NCBI GenBank assembly: GCA_902384455.1
Contig: CABMCB010000072.1
Span: 1-48,653 of the forward strand
DNA: 48,653 nucleotides
Direction: 5' to 3'
DNA from: an uncultured archaeon
Lineage (GTDB): Archaea > Altiarchaeota > Altiarchaeia > IMC4 > SCGC-AAA252-I15
Position numbers and translations under genes: made by a program. Of this stretch, positions 27,795-36,666 are shown in pieces. Numbering within the stretch: position 1 is the stretch's first letter; every line of letters starts with the position of its first letter. The notes beneath the pieces were generated by a model, which saw nothing but the letters and a program-made list of their open reading frames with translations, made no database searches and was not told the origin of the DNA.

Positions 27795-28628
27795 CTAAGG
27801 GTGCACCCGCCAGTCCCTGATCTTATCCAAAGACGGAGGCCACTCGTGAAATCCCATCATGGGCACCTGAGGATAATTGTGCTTTCTAAGCAGCCCCTCC
27901 ACGTAACCCCTGTTTTGCGGAGTGCTTAAAACAGCCACAAGCTGCCAATTCAAATCCGGAGAGTCAATGTTGACGTCCCGGTTACCTTCCTGCTCGGGGG
28001 TCGGCCTAATCACGAGCAATACTCCCGGAGGCATAAACTTCCCAAGCCCTCTATCCTTCACTCCCGCATACTGCTCTATACTAAGCTTTACCGAGTCGTT
28101 TTGGGTGACTGAAATGGTCCCCGGCGGGTCAAAGCTCGAGGAAGACCCTCCTTCCGTCTGGTCTATCTGAGTGGAAACGCTTCTAGCCTCCAAAATGCCT
28201 TCCAGACGCCATAGCCGCGTCCCATGATACTGATAATTGGGCAGTTCACTTTCGCGTTGCCGGCAACGCACAGGCAAGTATTGAATCTCCTGGTTAGCAT
28301 AAGCCATCTCTTCAGGCGTCTTTTCTCTGCCCAACAAACTCATCTTCCTCAAATCCGCGGCCCAAAGAGCCTTCTGTCGCGCCTCAGGTTCGTTGCCTTC
28401 CTGCCTGTAAATTTCTCCTTCGACATCCGCAACCTGCGCCCTCAATTCAGCCGCCTTTTTCCACGAATCTATTGTCCCATCCTTATGGAATGCTGCAATA
28501 GCCGCATCACGCACCTTTTTTCTGTCCAAAAGCTGCGCTCTTGCGTCAAGATGCCCAGCATCCTGTTGAACGGAACCTAATGCATCCACATGCTTATCTG
28601 CTCCTGGATGAGGAACGACTTTGGGCAT
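27795..28628 (-). CDS. Hypothetical protein with ADP-ribosyltransferase-like C-terminal domain
   Basis: YQYHGT...LEGILE...PGTISVT...YA pattern; helical N-terminus. Confidence 0.5.
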   Translation of the reverse strand: MPKVVPHPGADKHVDALGSVQQDAGHLDARAQLLDRKKVRDAAIAAFHKDGTIDSWKKAAELRAQVADVEGEIYRQEGNEPEARQKALWAADLRKMSLLGREKTPEEMAYANQEIQYLPVRCRQRESELPNYQYHGTRLWRLEGILEARSVSTQIDQTEGGSSSSFDPPGTISVTQNDSVKLSIEQYAGVKDRGLGKFMPPGVLLVIRPTPEQEGNRDVNIDSPDLNWQLVAVLSTPQNRGYVEGLLRKHNYPQVPMMGFHEWPPSLDKIRDWRVHP

Positions 28629-28713
28629 AGTAGTTACCTACGCGCATTTGACTGTATTAAAAGGCAGGCGCAGATTCATCGAATTTTTATTTTCAGCCGG
28701 GAGATTCTACTGC

Positions 28714-29742
28714 ATGGCGTCCGTCAAGGTTGTGCAGCAGGGTCTTGGAGTCATAGGGCAGTCTATCCTGAAGGAACTTATCTCACGTGGCTACGAAATA
28801 GTCGGAGTAGTCGACAAAAGGCCTGACTTAAAGGGTAAACGGCTGAAGGACTTAGGGTTCACCGGGAAGTATTCAGACCTTGCCATCACTGACGACTGGC
28901 GCAAGATAATTGAAAAAACGGAAGTTGACGTTTTATCCAACGCCACCGTATCAAAATTCGACGTACTTGCGCCGGACGTAAAGGCGATGGCTGAATCCGG
29001 CAGGATACGCGCTGTGATATCCACATGCGAAGAACTCTCGTACCCCCACCTAAAGCATAGAAAACTTGCTGAAGAACTTGACCAAACATTAAAGCAGAGG
29101 CATGTCTCATTGCTCGGCACAGGAGTAAACCCCGGCTACGTAATGGACACACTACCATTGGTTGCCTCAGCCCCATGCCTGACTGTAGAACGCATAGAAA
29201 TAGACCGAATAATGAACGCCTCCTTAAGGAGAGAAGCATTCCAACGCAAAATCGGCGCAGGCAGCACCCGCCAGCAGTTCAATCAACTTGTAAAAGAAGG
29301 CAAAATAAGGCACGTAGGCCTCACTGAATCAGTGGCTATGATGACGGCCGCATTAGGATTCGACATACACTCCTCTGACGTGGAAATCAAGGAAAGCGTC
29401 CCCGAACCCTTACTAGCCAAATACCCCGTTAAGACTGAGTTCATTGAAGTCGCACCCGGAAACCCCTCCGGGGTACACCAATACGCCACCTGCAAAATCA
29501 AAGGCAAAGAAACAATCCGACTCAACTTCAAAGCCGCAGTAGACCTGCAGGAGTCTTACGATGAATGCAGGATTTACCCGAAAGACGGCGGCGAGCCAGC
29601 AATGAAATTGCGTTGCGTCGGCGGAGTATTCGGCGACACCGCAACAATCGCAATGATAGCAAACTGCATACCATACCTGCGTACGGCCGGTCCGGGACTT
29701 AAGACGATGCTGGACGTGCCCGCAAGATACAGAAAAAACTGA
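28714..29742 (+). CDS. 2,4-diaminopentanoate dehydrogenase / DapB-like NAD(P) oxidoreductase
   Basis: GLGVIG Rossmann motif, STCEELSYP, GTGVNPGYVMD, QRKIGAG, HVGLTES, GDTAT; ATG at 28714. Confidence 0.8.
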   Translation: MASVKVVQQGLGVIGQSILKELISRGYEIVGVVDKRPDLKGKRLKDLGFTGKYSDLAITDDWRKIIEKTEVDVLSNATVSKFDVLAPDVKAMAESGRIRAVISTCEELSYPHLKHRKLAEELDQTLKQRHVSLLGTGVNPGYVMDTLPLVASAPCLTVERIEIDRIMNASLRREAFQRKIGAGSTRQQFNQLVKEGKIRHVGLTESVAMMTAALGFDIHSSDVEIKESVPEPLLAKYPVKTEFIEVAPGNPSGVHQYATCKIKGKETIRLNFKAAVDLQESYDECRIYPKDGGEPAMKLRCVGGVFGDTATIAMIANCIPYLRTAGPGLKTMLDVPARYRKN

Positions 29743-29746
29743 GGTA

Positions 29747-29817
29747 AGCGGAGGGAGGGAGTCGAACCCCCCTATGCCGGTCTGCAGCCGGCCCCATAGC
29801 CGATCTGGCACCTCCGC
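29747..29817 (-). tRNA. tRNA-Cys(GCA)
   Basis: Cloverleaf GCGGAGG...GCCGG-CTGCAGA-CCGGC...GGGGG-TTCGACT-CCCTC-CCTCCGC-T; U73 discriminator; CCA not encoded; no intron. Confidence 0.93.
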
Positions 29818-29897
29818 GTAAAGGGGAATTTAGGGTTAAAGAGTGGGGGGTTGAAGTTTAAGAAGATGCTTTTGAGGCGCTAATAAAATGGGGGGTT

Positions 29898-29922
29898 GGC
29901 CTGCGGTGTGTGTCTGCAGGCC
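29898..29922 (-). terminator. Hairpin downstream of the cupredoxin gene
   Basis: GGCCTGCGG-TGTGTGT-CTGCAGGCC, about 20 bp past the stop. Confidence 0.35.
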
Positions 29923-29943
29923 TGTTTGTTGTTTTGTCTGTGT

Positions 29944-30495
29944 TTATTGGACTGTTAGTGTGCCTACCATGTCTCTGTGTCCGCTTCCGCATCTGACTGA
30001 GCAGTAGTATGTGAATGTGCCTGTTTTGTCTGCGATGAAGTCTGCGTCAGCGGTTTTTCCTGCGGGTATTACGACGTTGACGTTGAGTTCGTCTATTGCG
30101 AATCCGTGGGCTACGTCTGTGCTTGTTAGGTGGATTATTACGTGGTCGCCTTTGTTCACGGTGATTGTTGCGGGGTCGAATGCGAATTGTTTAGCAGTCA
30201 TAGTGAATTCTTTAGCTGGCGCGGTTGCGACTACGGTTGTGGTTGTTGCTGTCGGTTGTTGGTTTATTTGGGTGGTGGTTGTGGTGGATTCTTGCGTTTG
30301 TGTTGGTTGCGGTGTTTTGGCGGGTTCTGTTGGCGGTGTTGTTGCGGGTGCCTCTGTCGTCGGTTTGACTGTCGTTTGTTGGGGAATTGTCGTTGGGGTT
30401 CCGCTTTGTTGCGTTTGCGTGTTGTTTGGTTCACTTCCTAAGCATCCTGCTGCGATTACGGTCAGCAGGATGGTTAATGCTAGCAGTTTTTTCAT
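29944..30495 (-). CDS. Lipoprotein with stand-alone CuA cupredoxin domain
   Basis: IAAGC lipobox, T/P/Q linker, DVAHGF...CSVRCGSGHRDM CuA ligand set. Confidence 0.85.
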   Translation of the reverse strand: MKKLLALTILLTVIAAGCLGSEPNNTQTQQSGTPTTIPQQTTVKPTTEAPATTPPTEPAKTPQPTQTQESTTTTTQINQQPTATTTTVVATAPAKEFTMTAKQFAFDPATITVNKGDHVIIHLTSTDVAHGFAIDELNVNVVIPAGKTADADFIADKTGTFTYYCSVRCGSGHRDMVGTLTVQ

Positions 30496-30513
30496 TCGAG
30501 TCCTCGTGGATAC

Positions 30514-30547
30514 TTAATTATCGTTAACCTTTATAAACTATCGTTAA
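30514..30547. promoter_or_regulatory. Divergent ferritin/cupredoxin promoter with two operator copies
   Basis: TTAATTATCGTTAA (30514-30527), palindromic TTTATAAA (30530-30537), TAAACTATCGTTAA (30534-30547). Confidence 0.75.
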
Positions 30548-30574
30548 GATAACTAATCCTACAAAGGTGAAACA

Positions 30575-31066
30575 ATGGAAATCAAAAAGAAAATGCAGGA
30601 CGCAATAAACACGCAAATAAACAAAGAGTTCTACTCGGCCTACCTCTACCTGTCGATGGCATCCTACTTCGACAACATGAACCTCAAGGGTTTCTCGCAT
30701 TGGATGAAGAAGCAGGCTCATGAGGAGTTGACTCACGGCATGAAGTTCTATGAGCACGTCACAGACCGCGGCGGTGTCGTGGTTTTGAAACCTATTGCCC
30801 AACCGCCCGTCTCCTGGAAGTCTCCTGAAGCCGCGTTTGAGGAGGTGCTTGCTCACGAGCGGAAGGTGACTGAATCAATAAACCAGCTTTATGCTCTGTC
30901 AAAATCCAGCAGCGACACCGCAGCCGAAGTCGCACTCCACTGGTTCATAACAGAACAAATCGAGGAGGAAGCGCACACAAGCGAAATACTCGCGAAAATC
31001 AAAGCCCTCGCCAAATCTCCAAGCGGCCTGCACATAATCGACAAGGAACTGAAGAAGCGCGAGTAA
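30575..31066 (+). CDS. ftnA: Non-heme ferritin
   Basis: QINKEFYSAYLYLSMA, EELTHGMKF, HERKVT, WFITEQIEEE ferroxidase ligands; GGTGA RBS. Confidence 0.93.
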   Translation: MEIKKKMQDAINTQINKEFYSAYLYLSMASYFDNMNLKGFSHWMKKQAHEELTHGMKFYEHVTDRGGVVVLKPIAQPPVSWKSPEAAFEEVLAHERKVTESINQLYALSKSSSDTAAEVALHWFITEQIEEEAHTSEILAKIKALAKSPSGLHIIDKELKKRE

Positions 31067-31083
31067 ACGCTTTAAACAGCCGG

Positions 31084-31122
31084 TTGTCCGCCAAAAACAT
31101 GGCGGGCAAATATTTTTTTTTT
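31084..31122. terminator. Hairpin plus T-run between convergent ftnA and pepA
   Basis: TTGTCCGCCA-AAAACA-TGGCGGGCAA followed by a T-run. Confidence 0.55.
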
Positions 31123-32683
31123 ATTCTCCTTTTTTGCTTTCTTCCTTCTTCTTTTCCTTCGCAAGAATCTCCGGTTTTTCTATGAGCTTCTCCAAAAACC
31201 TCAGCATAAGCCGCACGGGCGCTCCAGTTCCCCCCTTGGGGGTGTAGGCGTTTCCTCGGCTTACGTAAGCGGGGCCTGCGATGTCCAAGTGGACCCAAGG
31301 CGTATTCCCTATGAAATGCCTGAGGAAAACGGCCGCGGTAATAGTGCCCGCTTCGCCCTTCGACCAGCCGGTGTTCTTTATGTCAGTAATGTCTCCTTTA
31401 ACGGCCTCATCAAACTCAGAAAACATCGGCAGCTGCCACGCAAGCTCCCTCGTCTCCAAGCCAGCGTCCACCAGCTCCTTCGCCAAAGCATCGCGGTTAG
31501 TCATAACCCCAACAATAACCTCGCCAAGCGCAACAACACAAGCGCCAGTCAAAGTCGCAATGTCAACAATCAACTTAGGCTTCCGCTTAGACGCGACAAA
31601 CAAGGCGTCCGCAAGAATCAGACGGCCTTCCGCGTCTGTGTTTCCTATTTCGATTGTTTTGCCTGAGGCGCTTTTGATTATGTCGCTTGGGCGGTAGCTT
31701 CCTCCGTCCACGCTGTTTTCCACAAGAGGCGCGACTACAAGCAGGTTCATGGGTAGTTTGAGTTCGGCGGCCAAGGCGATGAGCGCGTAGGATGCTGCGG
31801 CGCCGCTCATGTCGTCCTTCATGTTCTCCATGTAGCCGGTAGGCTTAATGTTGAGGCCTCCGCTGTCGAAGCAGACTCCTTTGCCTACGACTGCGTACAG
31901 GTCTTTCGATTTGGGGTTTCCTTTGTATTCGAGCATGACTAAGTAAGGTTTGTTTACGCTTCCTTGGGCTACGGCCAAGAGAGTGTTCATTTTCTCCTGC
32001 TTAAGCTTTGTTTGGTCCCAGACTGTGAGTGAAAAACGGTGTTTTTTGGCGAGATTCCTTGCGACGTCCACCATGTACGCGGGGTTGACGACGTTAGCTG
32101 GCCTGTTCACCAGGTCTCGGGCTAAAATCACGTTCTGGGCGATTAGTGCGCCTTTCTTTGCGCCTTTCTGTACGGACTCGACAGGCAGGCCGTCAGGCAG
32201 AATTAACGCCTCTTTCACTGTAGTTTTGGGGTTTTCCTTTGACGGCGTCTTGTATTCGTCGAAGCTGTAGTCCCCAAGCAAAAGTCCCTCGGCCGCCGCC
32301 TGCCCTATGGCATCCGCTGTGAGGTCTTTAGAGTCTAATTTAGGCAGGATGAGCGCGAGAGAGGAGTATTGTTTGGCTTTCACGGTGCGGGCGGCTGAAC
32401 CCGCAATCTTTCTTATGGTGTTGGCGGAAACTTTCTCTTTCTCGCCGGCTCCCGCAAGAAGCACAGCTTTAGCGCCGATTCCGCCTGTCGTATAGAGTAT
32501 GTTTTGGCTTCCTTCATCAGCTACCTTAGGCTTCTCCTTAATGAGCTTCTGAGGCAGACCCTTCAGCGCGCGGTTAACTGCGGCCGGTATGATTATTCCC
32601 TTGTTTTTCTCCTTGAATATGGGCGCCACTAACACGTCGACCTTCGCTTTTATCGGGTCTGTTTTCTGAACTGATACTTTCAT
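31121..32683 (-). CDS. pepA: Leucyl aminopeptidase (M17)
   Basis: VGKGVCFDSGGLNIK, MKDDMSG, NTDAEGRL, IATLTGA, HLDIAG; ATG at 32683 after GGTGA. Confidence 0.93.
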   Translation of the reverse strand: MKVSVQKTDPIKAKVDVLVAPIFKEKNKGIIIPAAVNRALKGLPQKLIKEKPKVADEGSQNILYTTGGIGAKAVLLAGAGEKEKVSANTIRKIAGSAARTVKAKQYSSLALILPKLDSKDLTADAIGQAAAEGLLLGDYSFDEYKTPSKENPKTTVKEALILPDGLPVESVQKGAKKGALIAQNVILARDLVNRPANVVNPAYMVDVARNLAKKHRFSLTVWDQTKLKQEKMNTLLAVAQGSVNKPYLVMLEYKGNPKSKDLYAVVGKGVCFDSGGLNIKPTGYMENMKDDMSGAAASYALIALAAELKLPMNLLVVAPLVENSVDGGSYRPSDIIKSASGKTIEIGNTDAEGRLILADALFVASKRKPKLIVDIATLTGACVVALGEVIVGVMTNRDALAKELVDAGLETRELAWQLPMFSEFDEAVKGDITDIKNTGWSKGEAGTITAAVFLRHFIGNTPWVHLDIAGPAYVSRGNAYTPKGGTGAPVRLMLRFLEKLIEKPEILAKEKKKEESKKGE

Positions 32684-32706
32684 AGCATTCACCTAACGAA
32701 CATTAA

Positions 32707-33411
32707 TCAGCCCCAACCCTCAATCTTGATGTTCTCAGCCGGTACGCCAAGCTTCTCAAGAACAGTCTGGCATTCCTGGCACATCTTCATCATACCGCAG
32801 ACAAAAGCACGTTTGGGGCGGCCGTCCTGCGGAACGTATTTTTCGAGGATGCTTTGTACGTGGCCGCGGTCTCCTTTCCAGTTTTCGTCGCGGCTGCATA
32901 TGGGGTGGAATATGAAGTTGGGGTGTTTGGCGGTCAGTTCTTCTATTTCGTCTTTGAAGAGGAAGTCGCTTATGTACCTGAATCCGAAGAAGAGGTGGAC
33001 TTTTCCAGCGTGTCCTTTGGCGAGCAGGTCTTTGTATATTCCGCGCATGGGCGCTATGCCGGTGCCTGCGCCGATGAGGATGACGTCTGCGGTTTCTCCG
33101 TCAGGAACAGTGAAGTGGCCGAAAGGCCCGCTTATCTGCACTACGTCGCCTTTCTTTAGGTTGGATAAGTATTTGCCTGCTTTTCCGTCTGGGACGATTC
33201 TTATGCACAGTTCTATGGTGTTTTGCGACGGCGGGGAGGCGATGCTGTAGCTTCTTCGGGTGAGTGTGCCTTCAGCGTCGGTGAACTGTATCATGAGGAA
33301 TTGGCCTGCCTTGAATGTGAATGGTTTTTCGGGTGTTAAGGTGAAGAGAGTGTGGTCTTCGTTTAGTTTGGCGATGTCTGTTACCGTTGCTTTCTGGGGT
33401 TCAGGCGGCAT
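32707..33411 (-). CDS. Ferredoxin-NADP reductase-like FAD/NAD(P) oxidoreductase
   Basis: FKAGQF, RSYSIAS, GPFGHF, GAGTGIAP, FVCG, terminal EGW. Confidence 0.88.
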   Translation of the reverse strand: MPPEPQKATVTDIAKLNEDHTLFTLTPEKPFTFKAGQFLMIQFTDAEGTLTRRSYSIASPPSQNTIELCIRIVPDGKAGKYLSNLKKGDVVQISGPFGHFTVPDGETADVILIGAGTGIAPMRGIYKDLLAKGHAGKVHLFFGFRYISDFLFKDEIEELTAKHPNFIFHPICSRDENWKGDRGHVQSILEKYVPQDGRPKRAFVCGMMKMCQECQTVLEKLGVPAENIKIEGWG

Positions 33412-33416
33412 CTTTT

Positions 33417-34244
33417 TCAGAGTTTTTCGTATGTTCTCTTGAGGAGTAGTGCGTCGCCTTCGATGTTTGGGCTTTCGCAGACGACGACTCCGGATATGTT
33501 ATGTGTTTTGAGTATTTTAAGCAGAATCGGGTACTGCATGTCGCTTTCGTCAAGAAGCAGATGGTTTTTTTCCCCCTTATCGCCGTAGGCGATTCCCGAA
33601 AGGTGGGCGTGAAAAGACGAAAGCGCCCTACTCCCAAGCGCATCTTTAACCGCCGACACAACAGCCTCCCATTCCTGCTCCGTGTTGAATTTTCCGCCGC
33701 TTCTTGCGTGCAGGTGGCTGAAGTCAACGCAAGGCAGAACGTTGTCGAATTCGGCCGAAATCTGAAGCAGTTCCGTAAGACTTCCGAACTGCTTCGCTTT
33801 CCCTGTCGTTTCGGGGCGCAAAGTTACGTTTAAGCCTTCATCTGTGGCGGCCGCGGATATGTTTTTGAGGGTGTTTCTTATGTTTTCATACGTCTTCTGC
33901 GGGGTGTCTTTGAGGTAGAAACCGGGGTGAAAGACGACGCTTCCGCCTCCGCACTGGTCAAGCCGTCGGGCGGAAAGCAGTATCCGCTGTATGCTGGCCT
34001 CCTTCTTATCTTCTTCGACTGCGTTCAGGTTGACGTAATACGGCGCATGGCAGGATAATGTGACGCCGTGTTTTTTCGCTGCTGCCTTGACTTCCGGCGC
34101 CTTCTGCTCGGAGACGTTCACCGACTGGACGAATTCCAGTTCCATCGCATCAAGCCCTAACTCTCGGACTCTCTCTATCCCCCTGATGGTGTCGCGGGGT
34201 TCTGTTGAAAGGGGTATTCCTGCGGTTCCAAAAAGTAAGCTCAT
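33417..34244 (-). CDS. nfo: Endonuclease IV (archaeal type)
   Basis: FGTAGIP, HAPYYVNL, FHPG, ETTGK..QFG, DFSHLHAR, HLSGI, CESP. Confidence 0.85.
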   Translation of the reverse strand: MSLLFGTAGIPLSTEPRDTIRGIERVRELGLDAMELEFVQSVNVSEQKAPEVKAAAKKHGVTLSCHAPYYVNLNAVEEDKKEASIQRILLSARRLDQCGGGSVVFHPGFYLKDTPQKTYENIRNTLKNISAAATDEGLNVTLRPETTGKAKQFGSLTELLQISAEFDNVLPCVDFSHLHARSGGKFNTEQEWEAVVSAVKDALGSRALSSFHAHLSGIAYGDKGEKNHLLLDESDMQYPILLKILKTHNISGVVVCESPNIEGDALLLKRTYEKL

Positions 34245-34259
34245 GGAAAATCAACGTGT

Positions 34260-35696
34260 TCAGTCTGAAATCACGCTTGGACTGAAATCCTTCAGTAGGG
34301 TTAAAATGTTCGGTAAGTCAGTAACATTCTTGTTATACACTATCACCCAAAGAGACTGCTTGGAATCCAAAGCGTCCGAAGAAGCGATGCCGTCTGCGTT
34401 AGTCAAACGATACCTCAAATCCGCCAAACAAGTGGGGCAGTCGGTCTCAAGCCTCAAAGTGACCTGCGTATAATTCTCTGATACGCCCGCTATAATGGAA
34501 GTGGTCGTAGTCGCCTCGGCAGGCACCGTGTTGGTCACGACGCTAACCGGCAAAGATGCCTTCAGTAACTCTTCCTGCGACATTTTCACGGCCGCTATCT
34601 CGTCGTTCCAGAAGCCTTGGCCCCATTTGTCATCCACCGTCACGACCACCTTCAGAAGCGAGCAGTTGGTGAGGTCCTTTACCGCATAACCCTTTATGTT
34701 GCATGAAACCCTAAGCCTGTATTCGCCAATTACCGTCCTACCCCGCATGCTTTCTTTGCTGTAATAGTCCTTGCGGGCTCCGCGCCCAAGGAGGAAAAAG
34801 TTATCAACCGGCTTGTTGCCGCAAAACAGCTTAAAGTTGTCTATCGGGTTGTCCACCTGCCAAAGCTTAGTGCCAACGCCCCAGTCAGTGAGGTTAAGGA
34901 AGACGTCATTGAACTTCACGCTCGAACAATTCATGACCTCCATAACATCCACGCCGATGCTTCCGCACTCGCCACAAGGCCCGCCGCAGTCAATCCGCTG
35001 TTCCCCCTGATTCAAGACGCCGTCAAAACACGACGCATCCACTGTGGTAGTCGTAGTCGTTGAAACCAATGTTGTAGAAGTTGCCGGAGACAACCTATGC
35101 AGAACCGGCTGGCTGACTGTTGCGTTAATGGACGAACGAATCTTGCCGACAAAATCCGACACAGAACCCACCGCATTCTCCTCCATCCCAGCAATACCCC
35201 CCTCATGATAACCCTCAGCAGTCGGAAAAATGAAATAATAGCAGGCCACAAAAAACATAATCTGCATCACCAAAACCCCCGCAATCATCAAAGCATCCTG
35301 CTCAATAGAATACGACGCATCACCCTCCGGCCGCTCATCAAGCGCCGACTTAATCCAATACAAAACGTAAATCAAACCCAAAGTGAGAAAAAGACCGTTG
35401 AACTCCGTCACGGCCGGAACAAAAGAAATCCAGTCCGCGTTTAAAGCCCCTGAAATCAAGGCTGCCACGCTTGCAGCCAAGATGTAAGCGGAAGAGATGA
35501 ATCCGCCCTTAAGCCCAATCCAAGTCACCCTCTCCGCCGTAAACTCAGTCCTCCTTTTTATCCGGTGGTGAATGACATGCTTCTCATACTTGTCCAGAGA
35601 CTTCGCTATGTCATGGTGCACTCCCCACCCAAAAGACTTGCGATTAACGCGAGTCGCCGGCTTCTTAGCCCGCTTAACAGGTTGGCGCTTCTTCAT
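34260..35696 (-). CDS. Multi-TM protein with Cys-rich module and C-terminal HMA-like domain
   Basis: N-terminal TMs; CFDGVLNQGEQRIDCGGPCGEC; C-terminal VTLRLETDCPTC...IVYN HMA-like fold. Confidence 0.65.
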   Translation of the reverse strand: MKKRQPVKRAKKPATRVNRKSFGWGVHHDIAKSLDKYEKHVIHHRIKRRTEFTAERVTWIGLKGGFISSAYILAASVAALISGALNADWISFVPAVTEFNGLFLTLGLIYVLYWIKSALDERPEGDASYSIEQDALMIAGVLVMQIMFFVACYYFIFPTAEGYHEGGIAGMEENAVGSVSDFVGKIRSSINATVSQPVLHRLSPATSTTLVSTTTTTTVDASCFDGVLNQGEQRIDCGGPCGECGSIGVDVMEVMNCSSVKFNDVFLNLTDWGVGTKLWQVDNPIDNFKLFCGNKPVDNFFLLGRGARKDYYSKESMRGRTVIGEYRLRVSCNIKGYAVKDLTNCSLLKVVVTVDDKWGQGFWNDEIAAVKMSQEELLKASLPVSVVTNTVPAEATTTTSIIAGVSENYTQVTLRLETDCPTCLADLRYRLTNADGIASSDALDSKQSLWVIVYNKNVTDLPNILTLLKDFSPSVISD

Positions 35697-35879
35697 CACA
35701 CTTGATTACCCACTAAGACCGCAAAACGGCCTAAACTACCGTCAACACCCCCGACCGGCGATACATCGGCTGTAAGGCCGGTTTCGTCGGAGAAATTCAT
35801 CCCAGTAAAAAGAAGGACGAGGCGGTTAAAAACGCTGAAACCGCCGTTACGGCGGCATTAACGCAAACTTAGATATTTA

Positions 35880-36617
35880 ATGAATACTGACCATGTGAAA
35901 GTGATGGCCCCCCTTGCGACTGTAGTCATACCAGTCCTGAACGAAGAAAAGTACCTTCCCCTGTGCCTAAAGAGCTTAGGCGCACAGACCGTAGGGAAAG
36001 AAAACATTGAGGTCATAGTCGTAGACAGCGGAAGCACGGATAAAACAGTGGACGTAGCCCAAGAATGGGGGGCACGCGTCATAATGGGGGAAAAAAGCAT
36101 ACCCCTCAACCGCCAAAAAGGAACGGACGCCGCCTCAACCGAAATAGTCTTATCAACAGACGCAGACTGCATCCACCCCCCAGACTGGATTGAACGGATG
36201 CTTAAACACCTTGCAGACGAAAAAGTGCTCGCCGTATCCGGCCCCACAAAACCCATACCTGAGGAATCAATTTGGCTGGACAAAGCCTGCTACTTCATCG
36301 GAAACCTCACACTCCTGCTCCTGCACCGCCTCTTCAAGAAAAGCTGGTTTAGAGGAAGCAACAGCGCCTACCGCAAACAAGCAATAAAAAAAGCGGGCGG
36401 ATACAACCTGACCCTTAAGGCCCGCGAAGACAGCGACCTCTCAAGCCGCATAGACAAACTGGGCAAAACAAAATTCGACTGGAACATCGTCGTCTACACA
36501 AGCATGCGCCGCCGAAAAAACCAAGGATGGCTAAAGACCCTGCGATACTACGTAGACACGCCAATCCACCTAATAACCGGCAAAGTCTACTACAAAAAAG
36601 CAGAAGACAAAGAATAA
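35880..36617 (+). CDS. Glycosyltransferase family 2
   Basis: VVIPVLNEE, VVDSGSTD, TDAD, GSNSAYR, ED..L, TSMRR. Confidence 0.9.
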   Translation: MNTDHVKVMAPLATVVIPVLNEEKYLPLCLKSLGAQTVGKENIEVIVVDSGSTDKTVDVAQEWGARVIMGEKSIPLNRQKGTDAASTEIVLSTDADCIHPPDWIERMLKHLADEKVLAVSGPTKPIPEESIWLDKACYFIGNLTLLLLHRLFKKSWFRGSNSAYRKQAIKKAGGYNLTLKAREDSDLSSRIDKLGKTKFDWNIVVYTSMRRRKNQGWLKTLRYYVDTPIHLITGKVYYKKAEDKE

Positions 36618-36666
36618 CCGCATTATACCCCCTATTTATCGAACAAACTCCTCGTAATTAACCGCA

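Noticed and set aside
29747-29943. Integrated element at tRNA-Cys
   Set aside because: No integrase and no duplicated tRNA 3' end seen in the window
32693-32706. CTAACGAACATTAA before pepA as a regulon site
   Set aside because: Two arm mismatches, spacer not conserved, no TATA box; a short intra-operon gap
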